Below are positions 1-7,067 of a stretch of DNA of 18,225 nucleotides, in pieces (position 1 is the first letter of the stretch; each line of letters starts with the position of its first letter). The notes beneath the pieces are model-generated. The model had not been told where the DNA came from and did no database searches. It saw nothing but the letters and a program-made list of their open reading frames with translations. The DNA comes from Halalkalibacterium halodurans (GTDB taxonomy: Bacteria; Bacillota; Bacilli; Bacillales; Bacillaceae_D). The DNA is taken from assembly GCF_004376175.1 (NCBI RefSeq), contig NZ_SNUY01000030.1:1-18225 (forward strand), read 5' to 3'. The position numbers were made by a program, and so were the translations under genes.

Positions 1-1
1 T

Positions 2-79
2 ATCCTTGAAGGAATGGAAGAAATGGCTATCATCTCAAAAGGACAAAAGGAAACGAAAAAGGATGTAATTTTAAGATAA
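2..79 (+). CDS. 3' end of an unidentified ORF entering from upstream of the window (partial)
   Basis: Frame 2 is open from base 2 to TAA at 77-79 (ILEGMEEMAIISKGQKETKKDVILR*). Twenty-five residues are too few to assign a family. Confidence 0.3.
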   Translation: MLEGMEEMAIISKGQKETKKDVILR

Positions 80-231
80 AGTGAGATTAAGAGAGATACT
101 GTCCAAAATACGGGGGTTAATCCGGTTGAGTCCTCCTTGGTTCTAATTTAAGGGTCCTTAGTGCTGATCAGCTGCGGACACCTCGTATCATACCAAGGGG
201 CTCTTTTTTGATCAAACCTCAAATTTGTTCA
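80..231 (+). other. Structured non-coding tail ending in a T-run; possible end of a mobile element or a small RNA
   Basis: GAG/CCTTGG (128-130, 135-140) can pair with CCAAGG/CTC (193-198, 201-203), enclosing about 50 nt that contain the palindrome GCTGATCAGC (163-172). T6 follows at 204-209. The segment abuts the truncated binding-protein gene at about 232. Confidence 0.3.
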
Positions 232-915
232 TTACAGGAATGCTTCTTTTTCCAAGAAGAAAGGCTCTGACGTTACAAAAGCTTGACTTACAGATTCTGG
301 ATCATCAATAAAATTAACGTGCTGCCCTGTATAACCTTGAACATTCACATCACTTAAATCATACTTACTAGTTAAGTAATCCCAATACGGAATACCTGGC
401 TGAATAAAGGCTGTTCTTCCGTTCATATCTTCAAAATCATTAATGACAACACCCTCATGCGTCATCAATGCGGCTGGACTATTTTGCATAGCAGCGGCTA
501 ATGTAACTAGCTCAATCCCTTGATTTCTAGCAATCACAATTTGATCAGCATGAGCCAAACCAAATTGCGCATTACCTGAAGCTATAATTTGAATTGCTGA
601 TACTTGAGGTCCTCCTGGCTCTATTTCTACTTCCAAGCTATTTTCAGCAAAAATTCCTTGTTCATCTGCGGCATAAACACCACCATGCTGACTTTTTGGA
701 AACCAATTAAGTACTAGTTTTACAGCTTCTATTGGTTCCGTTGTTACATCCTCGTCTCCCTCCGTTTCACTAGTCGACTCAGCATTACTTTCTTCTGTTC
801 CATCAACGGGTTCTTGTCCACCGCATGCCGCAAGTACTAGTAGCATGATGAGAGCAAAAAATAAAGCAGTTAACTTGGTTATTTTAAAAAACTGAATATT
901 AAGACTTTTTATCAT
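232..915 (-). pseudogene. NMT1/THI5-like ABC substrate-binding lipoprotein, 3'-truncated
   Basis: ATG at 915 lies 7 nt after GAGAGGGG. The signal peptide carries a lipobox (LVLAAC-GG), followed by an acidic linker and a VKLVLNWFPKSQHGGVYAA...VTSEPFFLEKE core. The ORF has 227 aa where this family normally has about 310-340, and the reading frame ends abruptly after EKE. Confidence 0.6.
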
Positions 916-943
916 TGATAGACCCCTCTCTTTTTCAACGTGA

Positions 944-1807
944 TTATTTATCTACTTTCATTGCCGACTCATGCCACGATCCGAGTAGATATTTGGCAAG
1001 TAAGCTAACTAGCAAATAAAATCCGATTCCTAAAATCGCGGCTGCAATCCCGCATGCAAATAAAAAGGATGTGTTTACTTGAATCGCTGCTACTGTAATC
1101 GCATAACCAAGACCACCTTTTCCTCCACCAACACCAGCGACATATTCTCCAACAATCGCACCAACAATTGATAATGTACAAGACACTTTTAATCCCGCCA
1201 TCATATAAGGCAACGCCGCTGGAATGCGTAACTTCCACATTTTTTGCCATTTTGACGCGTTGTATAAGGTGAACAATTCATCCATGTTTTTATCGACAGA
1301 ATTAAGACCCATTAACGTATTTGAAATCACAGGGAAGAATCCGATTAAAAAGGAAATCACAATAATCGAATTAAAACCTGACCCAAACCAAATCACAACA
1401 ATCGGCGCAATCGCGACAACAGGTATCGTTTGTAAAATGATTGCATATGGATAAATACTCCGCTCCAATATTTTAGAACTAGCTAGAAGAACTGAGACAG
1501 AGATACCAATGATCGCACTTAAAAAGAATCCGATCACTGATTCTAGCACTGTTATCCTTACTGCTTCCCAAAGAATATTCCAACTGTTTATGGTCGCATT
1601 CCACACATCAGTCGGTTTCGGAAAAATGTAATGAGGCATTCCAAGTAACAAAGGAAGTAGTTGCCATACTGAAAGAAAAAGGATGAATGCAATCAACGGA
1701 CCTAAGTATACATGTTGAAAGTGACTCCATCTCGTTTGACGTGATTTCGAACGAGCAATCGCTTTTATAGCTACTTTTTTTGATACATCAGCGGAAGGCA
1801 TCGCCAC
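944..1807 (-). CDS. ABC transporter permease (NitT/TauT family, BPD_transp_1 type)
   Basis: 287 aa with about 6 hydrophobic segments and the typical permease loop (LYNASKWQKMWKLRIPAALPY). The GTG start directly abuts the ATPase stop. ATG at 1801 is an alternative start. Confidence 0.85.
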   Translation of the reverse strand: MAMPSADVSKKVAIKAIARSKSRQTRWSHFQHVYLGPLIAFILFLSVWQLLPLLLGMPHYIFPKPTDVWNATINSWNILWEAVRITVLESVIGFFLSAIIGISVSVLLASSKILERSIYPYAIILQTIPVVAIAPIVVIWFGSGFNSIIVISFLIGFFPVISNTLMGLNSVDKNMDELFTLYNASKWQKMWKLRIPAALPYMMAGLKVSCTLSIVGAIVGEYVAGVGGGKGGLGYAITVAAIQVNTSFLFACGIAAAILGIGFYLLVSLLAKYLLGSWHESAMKVDK

Positions 1808-2599
1808 CTACACCAACTCCTTTCGCTCGGAACTTTTTTCAAGTTCTTCAGAGGTAAACTCGACCATACTACCAAACTCTCTGCTCGTACGACTACTCGT
1901 CTCTCTTGGATAAGGGAGATTCACATCAATAACAGACGATAGTCTTCCTGGTCTAGCTGACATAACCGCTATTTTGGAAGATAAAAAGACGGCTTCAAAC
2001 ACATTATGTGTGACAAACAAAATCGTCGTTTTCTCTTTTTTCCAAATGTCTAATAGCTCTAATTGCAAGCCTTGCCTTGTCATTTCATCAAGTGCTGCAA
2101 AAGGTTCATCCATTAATAATAGTTTCGGTTTTGCTGCTAATGCACGTGCAATTGAGACACGCATTTTCATCCCGCCTGATAACTCACGAGGATACGCTTT
2201 TAAATAGTCTTTCAAGCCCACCATCTCTAAAACTCGCATGGCTTCTTCTTTCCGTTTGCGTTTACTAATTCCTCTTAATTCCAGCGGGAGCATGACATTA
2301 TCTAAAACCGAACGCCAAGGAAGAAGATTTGAATCTTGAAAAACAAATGCAATATCATTTGTTTCACTTATCATCTCTTTTGGCGATTTCTGATAGACCT
2401 TTAATTCTCCTTTTGTCGGTTCCCCAAGCCCTGCGATCATCCTTAATGCTGTCGACTTCCCACAGCCTGAAGGCCCTAGAAAGCTGATAAACTCTCCTTC
2501 TTTTATCGTTAAATTGAAGTTACTCAAGGCAACGGTTCCGTTGTTATAAATTTTATGAACCTGTCGAAATGTAACAATTGCTTGCCCTGACGTGACCAA
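1808..2599 (-). CDS. ABC transporter ATP-binding protein (NitT/TauT family)
   Basis: Walker A GPSGCGKST, signature LSGGMKMRVSIARAL and Walker B LLLMDEPF are present. The TTG start lies 6 nt after GGAGGAG. Confidence 0.9.
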   Translation of the reverse strand: MVTSGQAIVTFRQVHKIYNNGTVALSNFNLTIKEGEFISFLGPSGCGKSTALRMIAGLGEPTKGELKVYQKSPKEMISETNDIAFVFQDSNLLPWRSVLDNVMLPLELRGISKRKRKEEAMRVLEMVGLKDYLKAYPRELSGGMKMRVSIARALAAKPKLLLMDEPFAALDEMTRQGLQLELLDIWKKEKTTILFVTHNVFEAVFLSSKIAVMSARPGRLSSVIDVNLPYPRETSSRTSREFGSMVEFTSEELEKSSERKELV

Positions 2600-2624
2600 G
2601 TGAATCTCCTCCTTTTAAAGTCTA

Positions 2625-2987
2625 TTAGCTCCCTCGATAGGTACTATAACCACCAGGAGCAATGAGTAGCGGAACATGATAGTGATCATATTCACTCGCG
2701 ATCCGAAAACGAATAGGAACAACATCTAAAAAAGAAGGAGGTTCCTGTTTATTACCATCCTGGTTAAAATACTCTTCAACATGAAACATTAATTGAAAAA
2801 TACCTTTTTTCATGCTTTCTCCTTCAAGCAACGGTTCATCTAGTCTGCCATCTTCATTCGTTGTAGTTTGAGTAAGCTTTTCATATTCTCTAGTAAGCTT
2901 GTTGTATTCGAATAGTTCAATGATCACACCACTTGCAGGCTTACCAGTGCTTATATCTAGTACATGCGTCGTCAATCGTCCACTCAT
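2625..2987 (-). CDS. pucM: 5-hydroxyisourate hydrolase (transthyretin-like)
   Basis: MSGRLTTHVLDISTGKPA...HYHVPLLIAPGGYSTYRGS carries the diagnostic C-terminal YRGS. The real start is taken as ATG at 2987, which overlaps the uricase stop as ATGA. The upstream part of track ORF 2625..3095 lies inside the uricase gene. Confidence 0.9.
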   Translation of the reverse strand: MSGRLTTHVLDISTGKPASGVIIELFEYNKLTREYEKLTQTTTNEDGRLDEPLLEGESMKKGIFQLMFHVEEYFNQDGNKQEPPSFLDVVPIRFRIASEYDHYHVPLLIAPGGYSTYRGS

Positions 2988-3973
2988 TTTTCCTCTTCCG
3001 CTTCTGCCAAAGCTAAGTCTTCTTTTGTCACAGAGAACCCTTGAAATCCGTACGGGGGACGTGGATCTGTGAACACTTTTCCATCCGTAGAACACGAGAC
3101 TTCTTCAAGAATCGTTTCCCACGTACGATTATTTGATACAAATGAGACTTCAGCTAATTGAGGGAACCTTTTTAACACTCGCAATCCGATTTTATAAATT
3201 AAGTTTTGGATCGACGGAGAATCTTCTTGATGAAACAACGTCTGGGCAATATGTGCAACTTGCTCTGCACATACATATTGATCAGGCCGATCACCTTTTG
3301 CATCATCTGTATCTTCATAGTGCCAATTAATGTCTAAATAAATAAACAACGGACGATCAAATGATTCAGGTAATGTTGTATACTCATCCTTGATGTAGCC
3401 GTAAAAAGAGCTTCCTTTTACCTTAATTAAGCGCAGCCCTTTGACACCACTCGTTTGCTCAATTACCTCGTATTGGTCATCTGCCGTTCTCTCTACCTGC
3501 ACCGAAGCAGATGGCTGTTCCATTAATCCTTGACGAAAAACGAGTTCACTTGGAGCAAATCCACTCTCTGTAGGGATCTCTACTTCATTAAAAGGAAACT
3601 GTTGTCCTGACATCGTCACTCCTTCAATATGCGGATACTTTTGCAAAAACTCCTTACTAACAAATTCTAAAAATCCTTCCATCGTCGCCCCTGTATAATC
3701 TCCTGCATGTCGGAGTATGAAGTTTTTCATCGAGTCTGTTGCGACAACTTGAGTGTTATCCCCTTCTGTAAAGGAAGATAGAAACGCATCCCCCTTGATT
3801 GCAACTTGAATATCCATTCCGAAAATAATATTGCTACGTCCTTTAAAACTCGATTCAGGAATTTCCCGAATTCCTTCAAGTGGCTTGGCGTATGTTCGGT
3901 AAACAAATACATCTGCTTTGCCGTAATACATTGTTCGTTTTGTCGCTGCCTTTTGAACTGACTTTGTTTTCAT
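2984..3973 (-). CDS. pucL: Urate oxidase (cofactor-independent uricase)
   Basis: 329 aa. MYYGKADVFVYRTY...VVATDSMKNF...DEYTTLPE...RPLFIYL...PPYGFQGF closely resembles Bacillus uricases as I recall them (the TB-90 enzyme and the C-terminal domain of B. subtilis PucL). Confidence 0.9.
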   Translation of the reverse strand: MKTKSVQKAATKRTMYYGKADVFVYRTYAKPLEGIREIPESSFKGRSNIIFGMDIQVAIKGDAFLSSFTEGDNTQVVATDSMKNFILRHAGDYTGATMEGFLEFVSKEFLQKYPHIEGVTMSGQQFPFNEVEIPTESGFAPSELVFRQGLMEQPSASVQVERTADDQYEVIEQTSGVKGLRLIKVKGSSFYGYIKDEYTTLPESFDRPLFIYLDINWHYEDTDDAKGDRPDQYVCAEQVAHIAQTLFHQEDSPSIQNLIYKIGLRVLKRFPQLAEVSFVSNNRTWETILEEVSCSTDGKVFTDPRPPYGFQGFSVTKEDLALAEAEEEK

Positions 3974-3994
3974 AAAGAGCCCACCTTTACTATT

Positions 3995-4528
3995 TTAATA
4001 TTCAGATATTAAAGTCTCTTCATCACGCACCATATCCAAAAGCCTGAACTTAACAATCTTACTTACCTCATTTAAAGCCGTTTGTAATTCAGCTTCATAA
4101 CTGTTTGCTATTCTTTTTTTCATACTTTGTTTAATCGAATTCTTATCTTGACCTCGGACAGCCATAATAAATGGGAAACTGAATGCCTGAACATAATCTT
4201 TATTCAAACGCGAAAATTCATTGAATTCTTCTTCAGATAATTGACTTAGCCCAGCATGTAACTGTTCATTTGTAGATGTTTCTGATATTTCCATTCTCGT
4301 TCCTAAGTCAGGATGTGCTCTCAGTAACGCTAACTGTAGTAACGGATCTGCCGCATACATTTCCTCAATCATTTTCTGATACATTTGTTCCAAACTTGAA
4401 AAAGGATGATGCATCCATGCTTTTTCAGCAACCCATGGTGAATGTTCAAATACAGACCCAATTGAATCTACAAAATTTGTTTTACTCATTTCGTTGACTT
4501 CTTTCATTGAATAGTTGATAGTCTCCAC
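3995..4528 (-). CDS. uraD: OHCU decarboxylase (2-oxo-4-hydroxy-4-carboxy-5-ureidoimidazoline decarboxylase)
   Basis: GSVFEHSPWVAE...LRAHPDLG...FPFIMAV matches the OHCU decarboxylase domain that forms the N-terminal half of B. subtilis PucL. The start is ambiguous between GTG at 4528 and ATG at 4507 (MKEVNEM...). Confidence 0.85.
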   Translation of the reverse strand: METINYSMKEVNEMSKTNFVDSIGSVFEHSPWVAEKAWMHHPFSSLEQMYQKMIEEMYAADPLLQLALLRAHPDLGTRMEISETSTNEQLHAGLSQLSEEEFNEFSRLNKDYVQAFSFPFIMAVRGQDKNSIKQSMKKRIANSYEAELQTALNEVSKIVKFRLLDMVRDEETLISEY

Positions 4529-4565
4529 CTTCTTTCTAGAATTCTAGTACTCTACTTGCACTCAG

Positions 4566-4668
4566 CTAGTATTGGTTATAGTCAAATCATACTCATTAAC
4601 AGCTTTACGGTCATTGTGTAGCGTGACTAAAAATCATGAACGAAATTAGCTCATCTGACCAATACTAG
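4566..4668. promoter_or_regulatory. 11-bp inverted repeat pair CTAGTATTGGT / ACCAATACTAG upstream of the uraD-uricase operon
   Basis: Exact 11-mers lie at 4566-4576 and 4658-4668, 81 bp apart. Each contains a TTGGT core reminiscent of the B. subtilis PucR box core TTGGTTAA. The proximal copy lies where a -35 element would sit for a TAGAAT -10 candidate (minus strand, 4541-4546). Confidence 0.35.
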
Positions 4669-4957
4669 AAGATTTCATGATGCTTTTTATGGTCTGATCT
4701 GACATGGCCTAAATGAATGTATTGCAAGATCTAAGATTTTTAGAGAAAGGAAGGAAATAAAGATTGTGTTAGATTTATTCACTTTGTGTTTTCAACCAAC
4801 TGATTTATTTTGCTCATATATCCAGACTCCTCTTTTTCATGACATCTTAAAGTTTTTCATTTCTTTATCTATTCTTATTTTGTAGCAAATAACCAAATAA
4901 AGGATACTATTCGTTATGAAAGCTAACAAAGAAAATCAACTTATACTTCTTAAATAA

Positions 4958-4982
4958 GAAAAAAACCGTTTAGTCGGTGTTT
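4958..4982 (-). terminator. Weak intrinsic terminator candidate after the deaminase gene
   Basis: The minus strand reads ACCG-ACTAAA-CGGT followed by TTTTTTCTTATTT. The GC stem is only 4 bp. Confidence 0.3.
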
Positions 4983-4990
4983 TCGTTCAT

Positions 4991-6415
4991 TTACATGTCA
5001 TTCCACACAGCAGTTGCACGCATTTTTTTATAATCAATTTTCGTGTGCTTTGCTGCGATTTCGACCATTCGAAAAGCTGCCTCATTCGCTCGTCTAGCCA
5101 GTTGCTCTTCATTTGTATGAACTAAACGTCCATCTTGCACAACGACCTTCCCACCTACGATTGTCATATCTACTTGAGCTGTACCTGTCACAATTGGAAG
5201 TGTGGCATCATCGAAAAGAGCTCCAGCAAATTCTAAACGACTTGCATCAACCATAAACATGTCCGCTGCTTTTCCCACTTCTAACGATCCAATTCCATCC
5301 TCCCAACCGAGAACCTTAGACGATCCCCTCGTTGCAATGTGCAAACAATCTTCTGCTCGTAACGCAGTAGGACCGTGCTGCAGCTTATGTAATAAATTCA
5401 TCATTTTTAACTCGAGCAGCATACTCGAAGCGTCATTTGAAGCAGAGCCATCCACCCCTAGGCCAACTTTCACTCCTGCTTTTAGCATCTCGATGATCGG
5501 AAATGTGCCAGAAGAGAGCTTCATATTGCTACTTGGACAATGTGCAACTCCACATCCACATGAACCCATTTTACTGATTTCATCTTTGTTAAACCAAATA
5601 CCATGTGCATACCAAACATCATTGCCGATCCACCCCATTTCTTCCATAAAGTCTAATGGACGAAGACCGAGCATTTCCAGACAATAATCTTCCTCGTTTT
5701 TTGTTTCAGCCAAATGAGTATGCATGCGAACACGATAACTTCTAGCTAAGTGAGCAGATTCCCTTAATAAGTCCCTGCTAACTGAAAAGGGAGAACACGG
5801 AGCAACACCTACTTTCACCATCGCAAATTTACTTGGATCATGATAGGTTTCAATGAGCCTCCTTGTGTCACGAAGGATAGGGTCTTCCGTTTGGACAACT
5901 TCATCTGGCGGTAAGCCACCCTTTGATCTTCCTAAACTCATTGAACCACGTGTCGGAAAAAATCGTATACCTAACTCACTAGCAGCACGTATTTCTTCGT
6001 CTATTAATTGATCACTAACCCCATCTGGAAAAACATAAAAGTGATCTGAAGTCGTGGTACAACCACTCTTTAACAATTCTCCTATTCCAACCATTGCACT
6101 TAAGTAAACATCCTCTGGTCTTAAATGCCTCCAAATATCATAAAGCGTCAGCAACCAATCAAATAGCTCGACGTCTTGTGCAAATGGAATGTTTCTGGTA
6201 AAGGTTTGATACAAATGATGATGGGTATTAATGAGACCTGGATAGATGATTTTATTTCTCGCATCAATCACTCTTTCTGCCGTTTCATAAGGTAGGTCGA
6301 CACCAATCGCTTTTATTTCTTGCCCCTCAATATAAATGCTTCCGCTAGGTATCCGACTTCTTTTGTTATCCATTGTAATAATGTTTCTCGCATTTTTGAT
6401 TAATAGACTTTGCAT
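4991..6415 (-). CDS. Amidohydrolase-superfamily deaminase, 8-oxoguanine/guanine deaminase-like (COG0402 group)
   Basis: 474 aa. PGLINTHHHLYQTFTR is the metal-binding motif typical of the 8-oxoguanine/isoxanthopterin deaminase subgroup, with downstream HTHLAET and GVDGSASND motifs. The exact substrate is not determinable from sequence alone. Confidence 0.75.
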   Translation of the reverse strand: MQSLLIKNARNIITMDNKRSRIPSGSIYIEGQEIKAIGVDLPYETAERVIDARNKIIYPGLINTHHHLYQTFTRNIPFAQDVELFDWLLTLYDIWRHLRPEDVYLSAMVGIGELLKSGCTTTSDHFYVFPDGVSDQLIDEEIRAASELGIRFFPTRGSMSLGRSKGGLPPDEVVQTEDPILRDTRRLIETYHDPSKFAMVKVGVAPCSPFSVSRDLLRESAHLARSYRVRMHTHLAETKNEEDYCLEMLGLRPLDFMEEMGWIGNDVWYAHGIWFNKDEISKMGSCGCGVAHCPSSNMKLSSGTFPIIEMLKAGVKVGLGVDGSASNDASSMLLELKMMNLLHKLQHGPTALRAEDCLHIATRGSSKVLGWEDGIGSLEVGKAADMFMVDASRLEFAGALFDDATLPIVTGTAQVDMTIVGGKVVVQDGRLVHTNEEQLARRANEAAFRMVEIAAKHTKIDYKKMRATAVWNDM

Positions 6416-6442
6416 TTTCTAAACAGTCCTCCTGCACCTAGC

Positions 6443-7054
6443 TCAGCTTAATCGTTTCGCTTCCTCAAAATCATCCGGGGTATCAATATCAAACACCACA
6501 TAAGGATCGTCAACTGAACACTTTTCCATCGCAAAACTGCCCATTAACCTCCGTCCTCCTTTCTCACCTGAAAGTGTTTCGAAATCTACTAATCGAACAT
6601 TCCCCCAAAACACTGGATGACCTGGTTTTCCTTCAAAAAAAGGTCGGATTACAAAAGGGCTAGAATCACTCGTTACCCGTTCTCGCCCTTTTTCAAAAAT
6701 AGATTCTATTGTTTCATTTGTTATAAACGGCTGATCTCCTAAGAAAAACATCACCGACTGAATGTTTTTCTGTAAGTGGCGTATAGCTGTCAAAAAGGAC
6801 GTACTCTGTCCTTTTTCATAATCAGCATTCATCACCCACTGAATACAAGAGGAATCAAGTTGAATGAGTTGTTGGATACGGCTTGCTTCAAAGCCAATCA
6901 CGACAATCACTTGATCAAATGAATGTGCCAACACTTTTTTTATGACTCTCTCAAGTAAATACATGCCGTCTAACTTTAATAATTGCTTGTTTACCCCCAT
7001 TCGGCTCGACTTTCCTGCTGCTAAAATAACTGCACAAACTGGCTCACGCTTCAT
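6443..7054 (-). CDS. pucB: MobA/MocA-like molybdenum cofactor nucleotidyltransferase
   Basis: 203 aa. The N-terminal AVILAAGKSSRMGVNKQLL is an NTP_transf_3 motif. The gene sits directly downstream of the xdhC-like gene. Confidence 0.8.
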   Translation of the reverse strand: MKREPVCAVILAAGKSSRMGVNKQLLKLDGMYLLERVIKKVLAHSFDQVIVVIGFEASRIQQLIQLDSSCIQWVMNADYEKGQSTSFLTAIRHLQKNIQSVMFFLGDQPFITNETIESIFEKGRERVTSDSSPFVIRPFFEGKPGHPVFWGNVRLVDFETLSGEKGGRRLMGSFAMEKCSVDDPYVVFDIDTPDDFEEAKRLS

Positions 7055-7067
7055 CCCACACCTTCCT

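Noticed and set aside
104-141. Shared words CAAAATAC and CTCCTTGGT between 104-141 and 16796-16828, hinting that the left edge and the ISLre2 leader are related
   Set aside because: The spacing differs (about 30 versus 24 nt) and the intervening and flanking sequence does not align. The adjacent ORF tail is unlike the ISLre2 transposase C-terminus.
202-213. 12-mer TCTTTTTTGATC near the binding-protein truncation, also found as its reverse complement at 16453-16464 next to the acetamidase truncation
   Set aside because: It is tempting as a shared element terminus at both breakpoints. However, similarity stops immediately on both sides and the word is dominated by a T6 run. I treat it as a low-complexity coincidence unless genome-wide copies say otherwise.
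80-235. Group II intron 3' end (domains V/VI) or an ISL3-type terminal repeat (GGCTCTT...) at the left edge
   Set aside because: I could not find a domain-V-like 34-nt hairpin with an AGC triad and GNRA loop. The GGCTCTT word is oriented as if the element extended rightwards into the binding-protein gene, which it does not.
2988-3095. 36-codon N-terminal extension of the HIU hydrolase ORF
   Set aside because: The extension lies inside the uricase coding sequence and is basic and low in complexity. The family-typical N-terminus MSGRLTTHVLD starts at ATG 2987, which overlaps the uricase stop.
4536-4547. Perfect 12-bp palindrome CTAGAATTCTAG just upstream of the uraD ribosome-binding site
   Set aside because: About 4 perfect 12-bp palindromes are expected by chance in 18 kb (18225/4096), so it is not significant on its own. 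Only its position is suggestive, so I fold it into the intergenic-region finding.
4529-4990. Purine (guanine/adenine) riboswitch in the uraD operon leader
   Set aside because: Reading the minus strand, I found no TATGG...GTTTCTACC...CCGTAAATG-type three-way-junction core. Only a lone CCGTAAAG word is present.
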